Shown here: in pieces, positions 19,547-29,379 of the stretch
How the letters are laid out: the number at the start of each line of letters is the position of its first letter
Position numbering within the stretch: position 1 is the first letter of the stretch
Program-made: the position numbers and the translations under genes
Notes under the pieces: model-generated
The model's input: only the letters and a program-made list of their open reading frames with translations
What the model was told of the DNA's origin: nothing
The model's database searches: none
NCBI GenBank assembly: GCA_043817155.1
Contig: JBDRHE010000075.1
Span: forward strand, 1-60,588
Source of the DNA: Candidatus Omnitrophota bacterium
Lineage (GTDB): Bacteria > Omnitrophota > Gorgyraeia > JABMRN01 > RBG-13-46-9
Reading direction: 5' to 3'
Length of the DNA: 60,588 bases

Positions 19547-20599
19547 ATGTATAGTGCAAAGCAATATATAACCGACCTGATGCGTGATAGAAAGAACGAT
19601 CCCATATCGAAAGTCATAAAATATCTTCTGTTATTGGTCTCCCATTGCTATAACCTGATCGTAAAAGCGAATCTCTTCCTTTATAGCTCCAAAATGCTTA
19701 AGACCTATAAAGCGGATGCCGGCGTTGTCAGCATCGGTAATATTACATTGGGCGGCACAGGCAAGACTCCTTTTGTGATAATGCTGTCCAAGCTGCTTGC
19801 CGAAAACAAGAGACGTCCCGCTGTACTTATAAGGGGATATGGAGAAGATGAATGGAAATTGCTTGAGGAGAGATTGGGTAGGCTCGGTACAAAGATCTTC
19901 GTGGGAAGGGACCGTATAAGGAATGCAAAGGAGGCCCGGAAACAGGGCGCTGATACCCTTATTATGGATGACGGGTTTCAGCACATTCGCTTGGAAAGGG
20001 ATCTAAATATAGCGCTGATCGACACCACAGATCCGTTCGGTAACAGGCATCTCTTCCCAAGGGGTATCTTAAGAGAGCCAATCGCTAATCTGAAGAGGGC
20101 TGATCTTATAGCTTTAACCAAAGTTGATAACGCCCGGTCTCTAAACACTATAGAGGAAGAGATAAGGCGTATCGTTCCGGATAAGCCCGTTATTAAGACC
20201 TCTCACAGGGTAAGGGAGATAATCGATCTCGAAGACCGTAGCGTAAAAAAAAGTGATTTTATAAAAGGAAGAAAGGTATGCATCCTTTCGGCAATATGCG
20301 ATCCATCTTATTTTAAATACACTGTAGAGCGCCTCGGGGCCTTAGTAGGACACGAGGGCATCTTCCCCGATCACTTCGTATACAGGGTCACGGACATTAT
20401 TGATATCCGGAAAATATGCAAAAAAGAGAACATTAGGTACATAGTTACAACAGAGAAGGACGCTGTAAAGCTTAAAGGATTAACATTGCCCGGGGACGGA
20501 TGTAGAATTCTTGTATTGTCGATAGACCTTGAGATAATCGAAGGGGGAGAAGCGCTGAATGATGCACTACGTAGACTATATATGCGCAATTCTGGTTAA
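19547..20599 (+). CDS. lpxK: Tetraacyldisaccharide 4'-kinase
   Basis: SIGNITLGGTGKTP, DDGFQH, GILREP, FPDH and VTTEKDAVK. Confidence 0.95.
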   Translation: MYSAKQYITDLMRDRKNDPISKVIKYLLLLVSHCYNLIVKANLFLYSSKMLKTYKADAGVVSIGNITLGGTGKTPFVIMLSKLLAENKRRPAVLIRGYGEDEWKLLEERLGRLGTKIFVGRDRIRNAKEARKQGADTLIMDDGFQHIRLERDLNIALIDTTDPFGNRHLFPRGILREPIANLKRADLIALTKVDNARSLNTIEEEIRRIVPDKPVIKTSHRVREIIDLEDRSVKKSDFIKGRKVCILSAICDPSYFKYTVERLGALVGHEGIFPDHFVYRVTDIIDIRKICKKENIRYIVTTEKDAVKLKGLTLPGDGCRILVLSIDLEIIEGGEALNDALRRLYMRNSG

Positions 20600-22502
20600 G
20601 ATATTCAGTTTGGTCTTCTATGCCGTGCCCCTGAGGTTAACGCTCTGGCTGGCCGGGATGATCTCTCGGCTTGTGTACACAGTTAATGTGAGCAGACGGG
20701 TGATCTGCTATGCCAATCTTCGCGCGGCTTATTTTAAAGATAAGTCACCACGCCAGTTAAAGAGACTGACCAGAAAGACTTATAAAAGCCTGGTCCGGAC
20801 CTTCTTTGAAATACTATCACTTCGTAAAGTAAATGCGGATTACGTGAGTAAATATGTCGAAATAGTGAACCTGGATAATATGATGAAGATAAAAGATCAT
20901 CCAAACGGGGTGATACTTTTGACCGCGCATTTTGGCAACTGGGAGCTCTCCGGAATGGTAAGCGCGATAAAAGGATTTCCGCTCTATGTGCTTGCCAGGG
21001 AACAGAAGATGAAGAAGCTTAATGAGCTGATAAACAGATTAAGGCAGTCCAAGGGCCTTACGGTTGTGACTAAGGGCGCGACGACAAAATATATTGTCAA
21101 GGCACTCCATCAGGGGAAGATGATAGGTATGGTGGGTGATCAGGATGCCGGCAAAGCAGGAATCCTCGTTCCGTTTTTCGGTAGGCTCGTATCAACCGCG
21201 CCGGGTTCGATGAGGATCGCGGCAAGAACCGGGGCGTATGTGCTGCCGGCGTTCATAGCAAGGGTGAAAGGCCCCTACCACAGATTGATACTGGAAAGCC
21301 CCATGAAGATCGAAAGAGGGGATGAAATAAAGCCGTATCTCGAAAGATATAATAGATTGCTTGAGAAGTATGTAACGATCTATCCCGACCAGTGGCTGTG
21401 GTTGCACAAGAGATGGAAATCGACGCCACTTAAGAGAGTTATTATCTTAAGTGACGGGAAACCGGGCCACTTAAATCAGGCAAAGGCTTTTTGCAAAGAA
21501 CTTACGCGATATAGAGTAGATTTCGGGTATGAGGCGCGGGATACCGAAGTAAGCATCATAGATGTAAAATTCAGAAATGTATTTGCAAAGGCGCTGGTCA
21601 ATTTTTTAAGCATCTTTGCGTGCAAGAGCTGCCAGGGGTGCATGCGCTGTCTTAAGTTTTGCATGACAAAAGAGTCATATGAGGATCTCGTGGGCAGACA
21701 CGCCAACATTGTTGTAAGCTGTGGATCGGGAGTAGCGGGCGTCAACAGAATATTTTCGATAGAGAATAGTGCAAAGAGCGCAGTGGTCATGAAACCCCCG
21801 ATGATCGGTCTTGGCAAGTTTGATATGGTGGTACTGCCGTGGCATGACGCCAGGGGCAACGAGGGCGAGAATGTGATCGTTACAGATACTGTACCCAATT
21901 TAATAGACGAAGAATATCTTGCCCTGTCCCGGCAGCGGATCCTGGGGCAAGTGAGCTCGGATAGACCAAAGAGGCTCGGGGTTCTTTTAGGCGGAGATAA
22001 CTCTGATTTTAAGTTGACCCACGAGATAGTGGACCGGCTACTTAGCAACGTTATAAGCGCGGCAAATAAGCTGGACGCCGACCTCTTGTTTACAACCTCG
22101 CGCAGAACCCCGAAATGGGCTGAGAAGATGGTTAAAGAGACCCTGAGATCGGAGAAGAGGTGTAAATTTTTGGTATTATCGAATGAAAATAATGTTCCCC
22201 ACGCCGTAGGGGGGATACTGGGACTTTCCGACATAGTGGTCGTCTCCGGTGAGAGCGCATCGATGGTTTCGGAAGCCATCTTTAGCGGAAAGCCGGTCGT
22301 CACATTTGCATTAAAGAGGGCCAGGCGTGGAGGGTCCAAACTGGAGAGGATGCTGACCCGCTTGAAGGAGAAAGGTTATGTCTCTATAGCGAATACTGAA
22401 AAATTGTCCGATGCGATATGCGAGAGTTATCAAAACACAGCCGACAGGAAGATACCACAGGACAGGCACGATGTCTATAAGTATATGTGGCGGGTTTTGT
22501 AA
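20559..22502 (+). CDS. Fusion: LpxL/HtrB-family acyltransferase plus ELM1/GtrOC1-family domain
   Basis: N-terminal half has TAHFGNWE, GDQDAG and PDQWLWLHKRWK; C-terminal half has LSDGKPGHLNQ, LLGG, TTSRRTP and ESASMVSEA. Confidence 0.85.
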   Translation: MMHYVDYICAILVKIFSLVFYAVPLRLTLWLAGMISRLVYTVNVSRRVICYANLRAAYFKDKSPRQLKRLTRKTYKSLVRTFFEILSLRKVNADYVSKYVEIVNLDNMMKIKDHPNGVILLTAHFGNWELSGMVSAIKGFPLYVLAREQKMKKLNELINRLRQSKGLTVVTKGATTKYIVKALHQGKMIGMVGDQDAGKAGILVPFFGRLVSTAPGSMRIAARTGAYVLPAFIARVKGPYHRLILESPMKIERGDEIKPYLERYNRLLEKYVTIYPDQWLWLHKRWKSTPLKRVIILSDGKPGHLNQAKAFCKELTRYRVDFGYEARDTEVSIIDVKFRNVFAKALVNFLSIFACKSCQGCMRCLKFCMTKESYEDLVGRHANIVVSCGSGVAGVNRIFSIENSAKSAVVMKPPMIGLGKFDMVVLPWHDARGNEGENVIVTDTVPNLIDEEYLALSRQRILGQVSSDRPKRLGVLLGGDNSDFKLTHEIVDRLLSNVISAANKLDADLLFTTSRRTPKWAEKMVKETLRSEKRCKFLVLSNENNVPHAVGGILGLSDIVVVSGESASMVSEAIFSGKPVVTFALKRARRGGSKLERMLTRLKEKGYVSIANTEKLSDAICESYQNTADRKIPQDRHDVYKYMWRVL

Positions 22503-22700
22503 ACTAAAGACTAAAAACTATAGACCATCGTTCGTGTCCAAATGAGTTGTACCATATCGACGGAAATAGCGTTTTGACATTCGAAACTTTGTCATGACTG
22601 CTTTTCTCACATGTCATCCCCGCGCAAGCGGGGATCCAGGCGAGAGTTTTGTCTGGATTCCCGCTTCCGCGGGAATGACAAAAAGCTAATTTGGACAGCA
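22502..22700. repeat. AGACTA-type arm and a free-standing F2 palindrome (22613-22679) inside a short gtccaaat/atttggac inverted repeat
   Basis: gtcatccccgcgcaagcggggatcc ... ggattcccgcttccgcgggaatgac. Confidence 0.9.
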
Positions 22701-22726
22701 ATGATAGAACATAGTAAACTAAAAAG

Positions 22727-24847
22727 ATGAATATACTGCAAGTTGTTTCGAAATTGGATACGAGCGATAGCGCGCAGGATGTAATAGCTGCTACTAGATT
22801 CCTTACACTTAACGGGCATAAGGTAGTTGTAGCGGCGCAGTGGAGCACGTTAGTTAAGCAGATAGATGAGGTTGGGGCGCGCTACTATGGGATGCCTGCA
22901 ACGCAGAACATATTATTTGTGCCTTTTGCGATATACAGGTTGTATAAGATCATTCTAAGGGAGAATGTGCAAATCGTACATTCGAGGGATCCCATATCCG
23001 CTTTTATATCTTTCTTTGCTTCACGATTGTCGGAGAAGACTTTCGTCGCTACGATATATGACTATCACAAAAGGAATTTTTCTAGAAGGGCGCAGTTCTG
23101 GGCAAAACGTATAATATGTTTCAGTGAGAGTGACGCGCATATCCTGGTAAAGAGGGGCCTGGCGCTTCAGGATAAGATCCGGGTAATACCGCCGTTTGTC
23201 GAAGATGGGACCTCGACAGGGCAACACCGCTCCTACAATAAAGCCGGTACACCTGAAGGAACGCGTGAATATCGGAGCCGCTTCGTAGTGGAAGCGGCAC
23301 TTCCGCTCTCTTCCCAGGAAGCAACGCAGAGTTTTATTAAAGCCGTTTCAATACTGTCCAGGACCATCCACAAGATGAAGGTCTTTGTGATAAACAGCGC
23401 ATCTTTGCATGAAAAAGATTCCGTAGAAAAGATGAAGCTTCTTATTACAAGGCATTCCCTGAATAACGTTGTAACCTATTTGCCTTACGGGAAAGATGAT
23501 CTGCTTGCCCCGGAGATCAATCTATTTGTTCAGGTCAACACCGAAGAGAACCTGTCGGTGCGCTATCTACTTTTGGCCCAGGCTCGCGGTATACCCGTGG
23601 TAACTACTCATGTTGATAGGATAAAGGATTTTACAGGGGGCAATAGAACAGCGGTCGTGTGCAATAGGGATAACCCGCAAGAGATGGCTTCCAAGATGCT
23701 CGATCTCTACAGGAACGAAGAATTGCAAAGAGCGATAGTAGGAGAGGCGAAGAGTTTTGTGAGCGAGAATTTCAATATAAAAAAGGTAATGAAGACTACT
23801 TTGGATCTTTACGAAGATGTTGTCGCAAGCAGGAACATACTTGTGATAAAGATAGGCGCGCTGGGGGATGTGATCCTCGCGGCACCCTCCATAAAAGCCT
23901 TGAGAAAGAAATTCACCGGGGCAACGATAAAACTTCTTGTCGGGATGGAACACAGAGATATCTACTCAAACTCACCCTATATTGACGAAATAATAGTCTA
24001 TGATTTCAAGCAGCGCGATAGTGGCATATCCGGGATCTTGCGTATTGCCAGGAGACTGCGCGGGGAGAATTTTGACATGGTAGTGGACTTCCAGAATAAT
24101 AAGAAGAGTCACCTGCTTTCGTTCCTTTCCTGCTGCCCCAAGAGATACGGTTATGACAATGGTAAGCTGAGTTTTCTCCTCAATAGAAAGATCAAGGATA
24201 AAAAGATCCCCACAGGTCCGATAGAACACCAGGAGAAGGTTCTGGCCCTTTTGGGAATATATAACATAGATAAGAAACTGGAATTATGGCCATCTAAAAA
24301 GGATGAGGAATGGGCAGATAGCTTCCTTAAGTCTCACTGGGTGACGGAGGGCACGAAGCTGGTGGCTTTCAATATCGGCTCCAGTCCCAGATGGATGACC
24401 AAGCTTTGGCCGCTTGAATACTTTGCGGACGTATCTAACAGGCTTACCAGGAACCTCGGTATCAGGGTGATGCTTATAGGTAGCGAGTCCCGCGATCCCA
24501 GGGCAGAAGAATTCATGGATAAAGTAAAATGTAGGCCCATTATGGCGATGGGTAAGACCAGCATATCGAAGCTCGTCTCTCTTATCAAAAGGTGTGACCT
24601 TTTGCTAAGCTCGGACTCGGCTCCCATGCATATCGCGGCAGGGACGGGCACGCCTTTTGTAGCTCTCTTTGGCCCCACAGATCCCGCAAGGCACGTGCCG
24701 CCGGCGATGAATTACAGAGTGATCAAAAAGGACATACCGTGCGCACCGTGTTACAGCGCATCCTGTGATAAAGGGATTGTATGCATGAGCGAAATCAGAC
24801 CCGAAAAGGTTTATAGGTCCATCTTAAAGTTACTGGAAATAAAATGA
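22727..24847 (+). CDS. Fusion: degenerate GT4-like glycosyltransferase plus GT9 heptosyltransferase-like domain
   Basis: N-terminal half has a GT-B layout with AQARGIPVVTT; C-terminal half has IKIGALGDVI, DSAPMHIA and LFGPT. Confidence 0.85.
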   Translation: MNILQVVSKLDTSDSAQDVIAATRFLTLNGHKVVVAAQWSTLVKQIDEVGARYYGMPATQNILFVPFAIYRLYKIILRENVQIVHSRDPISAFISFFASRLSEKTFVATIYDYHKRNFSRRAQFWAKRIICFSESDAHILVKRGLALQDKIRVIPPFVEDGTSTGQHRSYNKAGTPEGTREYRSRFVVEAALPLSSQEATQSFIKAVSILSRTIHKMKVFVINSASLHEKDSVEKMKLLITRHSLNNVVTYLPYGKDDLLAPEINLFVQVNTEENLSVRYLLLAQARGIPVVTTHVDRIKDFTGGNRTAVVCNRDNPQEMASKMLDLYRNEELQRAIVGEAKSFVSENFNIKKVMKTTLDLYEDVVASRNILVIKIGALGDVILAAPSIKALRKKFTGATIKLLVGMEHRDIYSNSPYIDEIIVYDFKQRDSGISGILRIARRLRGENFDMVVDFQNNKKSHLLSFLSCCPKRYGYDNGKLSFLLNRKIKDKKIPTGPIEHQEKVLALLGIYNIDKKLELWPSKKDEEWADSFLKSHWVTEGTKLVAFNIGSSPRWMTKLWPLEYFADVSNRLTRNLGIRVMLIGSESRDPRAEEFMDKVKCRPIMAMGKTSISKLVSLIKRCDLLLSSDSAPMHIAAGTGTPFVALFGPTDPARHVPPAMNYRVIKKDIPCAPCYSASCDKGIVCMSEIRPEKVYRSILKLLEIK

Positions 24848-25947
24848 AAGTACTACTTTTAACGACACATCTCAACATAGGCGGGGTGGCAAGGTATACC
24901 GTTAATCTTGCGCAGGGTCTTAAAGAGAGGGGCATAGAGGTCTACGTCGCGTCTTCAGGCGGAGATCTCGTTGATACACTGAATAAACATTCCATACAGC
25001 ATATCCCGGTGAGCGTTAATACAAAATTTGAATTTAATCCAAAACTCATCCTTACACTCTTCAAACTGCTTGCATTTGTAAAGAAGAAAGATATTACCCT
25101 GGTACATTCGCAGACACGTGTCACCCAGGTCCTGGCCTGCTTTCTATCGCGTTTTAGCGGGATCGCATACGTCAGCACCTGCCACGGTTTTTTCAAAAAG
25201 AAGAGACTGGGGAGAAGGCTGTTAGGCGCATGGGGCAGATTTGCGATCGCCATAAGCGATGTGGTCAGGGAGCACTTAATAAAGGATCTTGGCGTGAAGA
25301 AGGAGAACGTGTTCTTGATATATAATGGCATAGATACGAAGACATTTGATGCCGCCAGGGTCAGGGACGCCGGCAGGCTATTAAAGGATAACCTGGGTTT
25401 TACCAAATTCCCTGTCATCGGTTCAGTCTCCAGGTTATCGCCGGTAAAGGGGTTGCGCTATCTTCTCTTCGCCATGAAAGATCTGCTAAAAGATATGCCT
25501 GAGGCGCAACTCCTGCTTGTAGGAGACGGGCCGTCGAAGGAATCCCTATTGGGACTTGCGCGTAAACTGGGTATCGAAAGCAATGTCTTCTTCGCGCAGA
25601 GTACTATGCAAACAGAGAAATTCCTGTCGATCATGGATATATTTGTATTCTATTCGCTGGAAGAGGGACTCGGGCTTTCACTCCTGGAGGCTCTTGCGGC
25701 GGAAAAGCCTTGTGTGGCTTCTGATGTGGGAGGCGTCTCTTCCATTATAGAAAATAATGTAACGGGTATTCTCGTCCCCCCGCGCGACGCCCACTTGCTG
25801 AAAGAGGGAATCGTAAAGCTCCTCAAAGATCCCAAGCTCGCTTCCGGGATGGCCAGGAATGGGCGGGAATTGGTACAGAGGAAATTCTCTCTGGAGGGAA
25901 TGGTAGCGAGGGTTGTAGAAGTTTATGAAAGAGCGATCAATGAATAA
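24844..25947 (+). CDS. GT4 family glycosyltransferase
   Basis: GGVARY, IYNGID and EGLGLSLLEALAAEKPCVASDVGG (EX7E motif). Confidence 0.92.
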   Translation: MKVLLLTTHLNIGGVARYTVNLAQGLKERGIEVYVASSGGDLVDTLNKHSIQHIPVSVNTKFEFNPKLILTLFKLLAFVKKKDITLVHSQTRVTQVLACFLSRFSGIAYVSTCHGFFKKKRLGRRLLGAWGRFAIAISDVVREHLIKDLGVKKENVFLIYNGIDTKTFDAARVRDAGRLLKDNLGFTKFPVIGSVSRLSPVKGLRYLLFAMKDLLKDMPEAQLLLVGDGPSKESLLGLARKLGIESNVFFAQSTMQTEKFLSIMDIFVFYSLEEGLGLSLLEALAAEKPCVASDVGGVSSIIENNVTGILVPPRDAHLLKEGIVKLLKDPKLASGMARNGRELVQRKFSLEGMVARVVEVYERAINE

Positions 25948-26736
25948 AAGATCAATTGCTCTTATTGCAGCTGTAGCGGTGATTGCCGCGCTTTTTTTTG
26001 CGGGAAGCAGCTTCCTTTCTAATATATATGTCCCGGCTATTCTCATGTACCACTCTGTGGGAGAAGAAGGCACGGCGCTCGATGGATACGGGCCAAAACT
26101 TAACGTACGCACCAAAACATTCGCAAAACAGATGAAGTTTCTGCATGAGTCGGGTTACGATGTTATACCGCTATCCGATCTTGTCGAAAGGATAAAGAGC
26201 GGAAAGAGGATACCGCGCAAGACAGTGGCGATCACATTTGACGACGGCCTTAAGAATAATTTTTATAATGCCTATCCGGCGCTAAGAAGATATGGTTTTC
26301 CCGCTACGATATTTGTCGTAACCGATTTTATAGGTACCGAAAAATTCCTTACGAGAGATGATATTATCACCATGCAGGAAGATAACGTTATAGTTGGAAG
26401 CCATACTGCATCGCACAAGTGGCTCCCGTCCCTACCGGAGGAACTTGTAAAGAGAGAACTCGGCGAGTCGAAGAGGAGCCTGGAGTATATAACAGGACGC
26501 GAAGTAAAAATACTATCGTATCCCCTGGGCGGATTTGATGAGAGGTCAAAAGATACGCCAAAGAGGCCGGATATAAAGGCGCGGTAGCGACAAATCCAGG
26601 CAAGGCAAAGAGACCCTATGATCCGTATGCCCTTAAGAGGGTACGCATATCAATGACGTCAGATAATCTCTTTACATTCTGGTTCGAGACGAGCGGTTAT
26701 TATACTTTTATCAAGGAGTGGAGAGACGAGGACTAG
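25940..26736 (+). pseudogene. Polysaccharide deacetylase (NodB family) with a one-base frameshift near 26544
   Basis: LMYH, ITFDDG, GSHT and SYPLG motifs; the family-typical tail (AGYKGAVAT...LKRVRI) continues in another frame to TAG 26734-26736. Could be a sequencing error. Confidence 0.8.
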
Positions 26737-26753
26737 CAACAGCTTAATCATAG

Positions 26754-26866
26754 AAAAACCAAAGACCAAAAGGTAAAAACCAAAAACACATATTAAATAT
26801 GAAAAAATATTTTTTTTGCATTTTTGGTTTGTATTTTTGGTATTTGGTATTTAATTTTTAATTTTT
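26754..26866. repeat. AT-rich AAAACCA/TTTTGGT periodic palindrome (F7)
   Basis: Second copy at 31775-31905; shared core aaaacacatattaaatatg. Confidence 0.88.
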
Positions 26867-26879
26867 CGATAATTCGATC

Positions 26880-27917
26880 ATGAAAGACTATAAGCGTATA
26901 TTAATAGTCGAGGTAAACTGGCTGGGGGACGTTCTATTCTCCACCCCGCTCGTAAAGGCGATCCGCAAAAAATATAAAAACGCCTATATAGCCTGCATGG
27001 TTGTTCCCCGTTGCAGGCAGATCCTGGAATACAGCCCGTACATCGACGAGATCATAACCTATGACGAAAAAAAAACGCACAGAAGCTTGTTCGGTAAAAT
27101 ACGTTTGATCGCTATTCTGAGAAGAAGAGATTTCGATCTTGCTATACTGCTGCACAGGTCCTTTACAAGGGCCCTTATTGCGATGCTTGCGGGTATAAGG
27201 GAGCGTATCGGCTACATAACGGAGAAGGGACACAGGATGCTTACGCGCCCGATAGAGCCGCCCGAATCCCCGGTTCACAAGGTGGAGTATTTTTTGAAAC
27301 TGGCCGAGTCACTGGGATGCGATATATCTAATAAGGATTATGATTTTTTTATTAGCGACAGAGAGAGAGATCACATAAATAAGGAACTCTCTTTGGCCGG
27401 GATCGAAAAAGAGGACCTTCTGGTTGTAGTGAACCCGGGCGGCAATTGGCGATCAAAGAGGTGGAGCGAAGACAATTTCGCAAAGCTCTGCAAGGCGCTG
27501 TTTGAAAAATTTAATATAAAGATCGTGATATCGGGAGCGAAGAAGGATGTAGAGCTTGCTTCGCGAATAAAGGAGAAAGCAGGTCCTGATATATCGGTCT
27601 TTGCCGGCAAAACGGACCTAAAAGAACTGGGCGCTCTTATGGGGAGGGCCAATTTTGTTATTTCAGCCGATTCAGGACCTATGCATATAGCTGTAAGTAT
27701 GGGGTCGAATGTAATAGCTCTCTTTGGACCGACTTCTCCCGAGCTTACCGGTCCTTACGGGAACGGTAACTACAGGGTGATCCGGAAGAATACGGAGTGC
27801 GAAACCCCGTGTTACGACGTAACGTGTAATGACCATAGGTGCATGGATTCTATAACTGTAGAAGATGTGCTGGAGACGTTTGAAGAGATGTACTGTGCAC
27901 AGATGGGAAAGAAGTAG
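26880..27917 (+). CDS. waaF: GT9 lipopolysaccharide heptosyltransferase II-like protein
   Basis: VNWLGDV, HKVEYF, NPGG, KRW, DSGPMHIA and LFGPT. Confidence 0.85.
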   Translation: MKDYKRILIVEVNWLGDVLFSTPLVKAIRKKYKNAYIACMVVPRCRQILEYSPYIDEIITYDEKKTHRSLFGKIRLIAILRRRDFDLAILLHRSFTRALIAMLAGIRERIGYITEKGHRMLTRPIEPPESPVHKVEYFLKLAESLGCDISNKDYDFFISDRERDHINKELSLAGIEKEDLLVVVNPGGNWRSKRWSEDNFAKLCKALFEKFNIKIVISGAKKDVELASRIKEKAGPDISVFAGKTDLKELGALMGRANFVISADSGPMHIAVSMGSNVIALFGPTSPELTGPYGNGNYRVIRKNTECETPCYDVTCNDHRCMDSITVEDVLETFEEMYCAQMGKK

Positions 27918-27980
27918 AGAGTAGCAAGTAGCAAGTAGCGAGAAGGACTCTCTCTACTCTCTACTTGCTACTCGCTACTT
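27912..27980. repeat. F5 AGTAGCG periodic palindrome
   Basis: Matches 9632-9696; contains the stop codon of the upstream gene. Confidence 0.93.
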
Positions 27981-27989
27981 AAAGAAAAT

Positions 27990-28979
27990 ATGGCTAATAT
28001 TAACAAGTCTAAAGTTAACCGTATACTTGTCATAACCCTTTCGAACATAGGGGATATCATCCTGACCACCCCGGTCGTGGAAACTCTACTCCGGGAATTC
28101 CCGGGAGTAAGACTCGATGTTATGGTTGGCCCTAACGGAAAGGATCTCTTCGGTCCTCACAAGGGAATAGGGGAGATAATTATTTATGACAAGAGATCGT
28201 CTTCCCTGGATAAATTCAAGCTCTTTATCATGCTTAGAAAGAAGCGATATAATCTTGTCGCGGATCTGCGCAATACTATTTTACCTTTAGTGCTGGGCGC
28301 CAGGTTCAATACCAGCGCCATCAGGCGCGATTCCAAGAATGGGATGCATAGAAAAGATGTTCACCTTTCAAGATTAAGAGACTTGTCCATAGACACATCG
28401 CGCGGCAAATTTTATATCCCGGTCAGAGAAAAGGACAAAGAACGGGTGGGTGCTTTGCTCGGCGAACTTAAAGAGAGACCATATGTAGTGGTAAGTCCGG
28501 GCGCAAAGAGCCATGTTAAAAGATGGCCCTTGAAACACTTTGCAAAACTCTGCGATATGATAAAGATAAAACTCAGAGTTGATGTCGTTCTTATAGGAGA
28601 CGAGAGCGACAGGGTCGTTATAGAAAGAATTCTCTTTAATGCCGAGACGAAGCCGCTTAACCTTATAGATAAAACAAATATAGGCGAGCTCGCTTACATG
28701 ATCAAAAGGTCGAAACTATTGATCACTAATGACAGCGCTCCTTTGCATGTGGGTAGCGCAGTCAATGCGCCGACGGTCGTCTTTTTTGGCCCTACCGATG
28801 ACCGGAAATACGGCCCTTTGACAGAATCCGGAAGCAGAGTGCTTAAGAAGAAGCTGAAGTGCTCGCCCTGCGAAGTACCGCAATGCATAAACTACGATAA
28901 CAAATACGAATGCCTGAAGACGATTACTGTTGAAGAGGCCTTTGAAGCTGTTAAGGAGCTATTGGATAGCGCTACATAG
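27990..28979 (+). CDS. GT9 family glycosyltransferase
   Basis: LSNIGDIIL, SPGAK, KRWP, NDSAPLH and FFGPT. Confidence 0.9.
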   Translation: MANINKSKVNRILVITLSNIGDIILTTPVVETLLREFPGVRLDVMVGPNGKDLFGPHKGIGEIIIYDKRSSSLDKFKLFIMLRKKRYNLVADLRNTILPLVLGARFNTSAIRRDSKNGMHRKDVHLSRLRDLSIDTSRGKFYIPVREKDKERVGALLGELKERPYVVVSPGAKSHVKRWPLKHFAKLCDMIKIKLRVDVVLIGDESDRVVIERILFNAETKPLNLIDKTNIGELAYMIKRSKLLITNDSAPLHVGSAVNAPTVVFFGPTDDRKYGPLTESGSRVLKKKLKCSPCEVPQCINYDNKYECLKTITVEEAFEAVKELLDSAT

Positions 28980-29370
28980 GACGAAGGATGATTTGACGAT
29001 ACCGGAAATACGATTGATATACAATTGAAATACATTGAAATGCGATGGAGATACGATTGAAATATGGTGGAAATGCAATCGAAGCTACATTACTCGTCTT
29101 TGCGAGGCACCGTAAATAGCTGAGCGCATTAAAACGACTTCTCTTCGTCTTTGCGAGGAACCTATGAAAGCTTTATGTTCCGAAGCAATCTCAGACTTCT
29201 GTCATCCCCGCGCAAGCGGGGATCCAGAGTGAACTCGTTGAGAGTACATCCATGGATTCCCGCTTCCGCGGGAATGACAACTTTAGATTGCTTCGGCACG
29301 CTCGAATCTTACGGTGCCTCGCAAAGACGAGGGAAAATCTAATCGTCCATCGTCCGTCATCCATTGTAAC
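28975..29370. repeat. Composite: GACGAAG arms around a 10-mer TTGAAATAC run, two F1 left arms (29093, 29145), F2 (29201-29278) and an F1 right arm ending at 29331
   Basis: The F2 plus right arm is nearly identical to 5923-6050. Confidence 0.93.
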
Positions 29371-29379
29371 GAGTTAACT

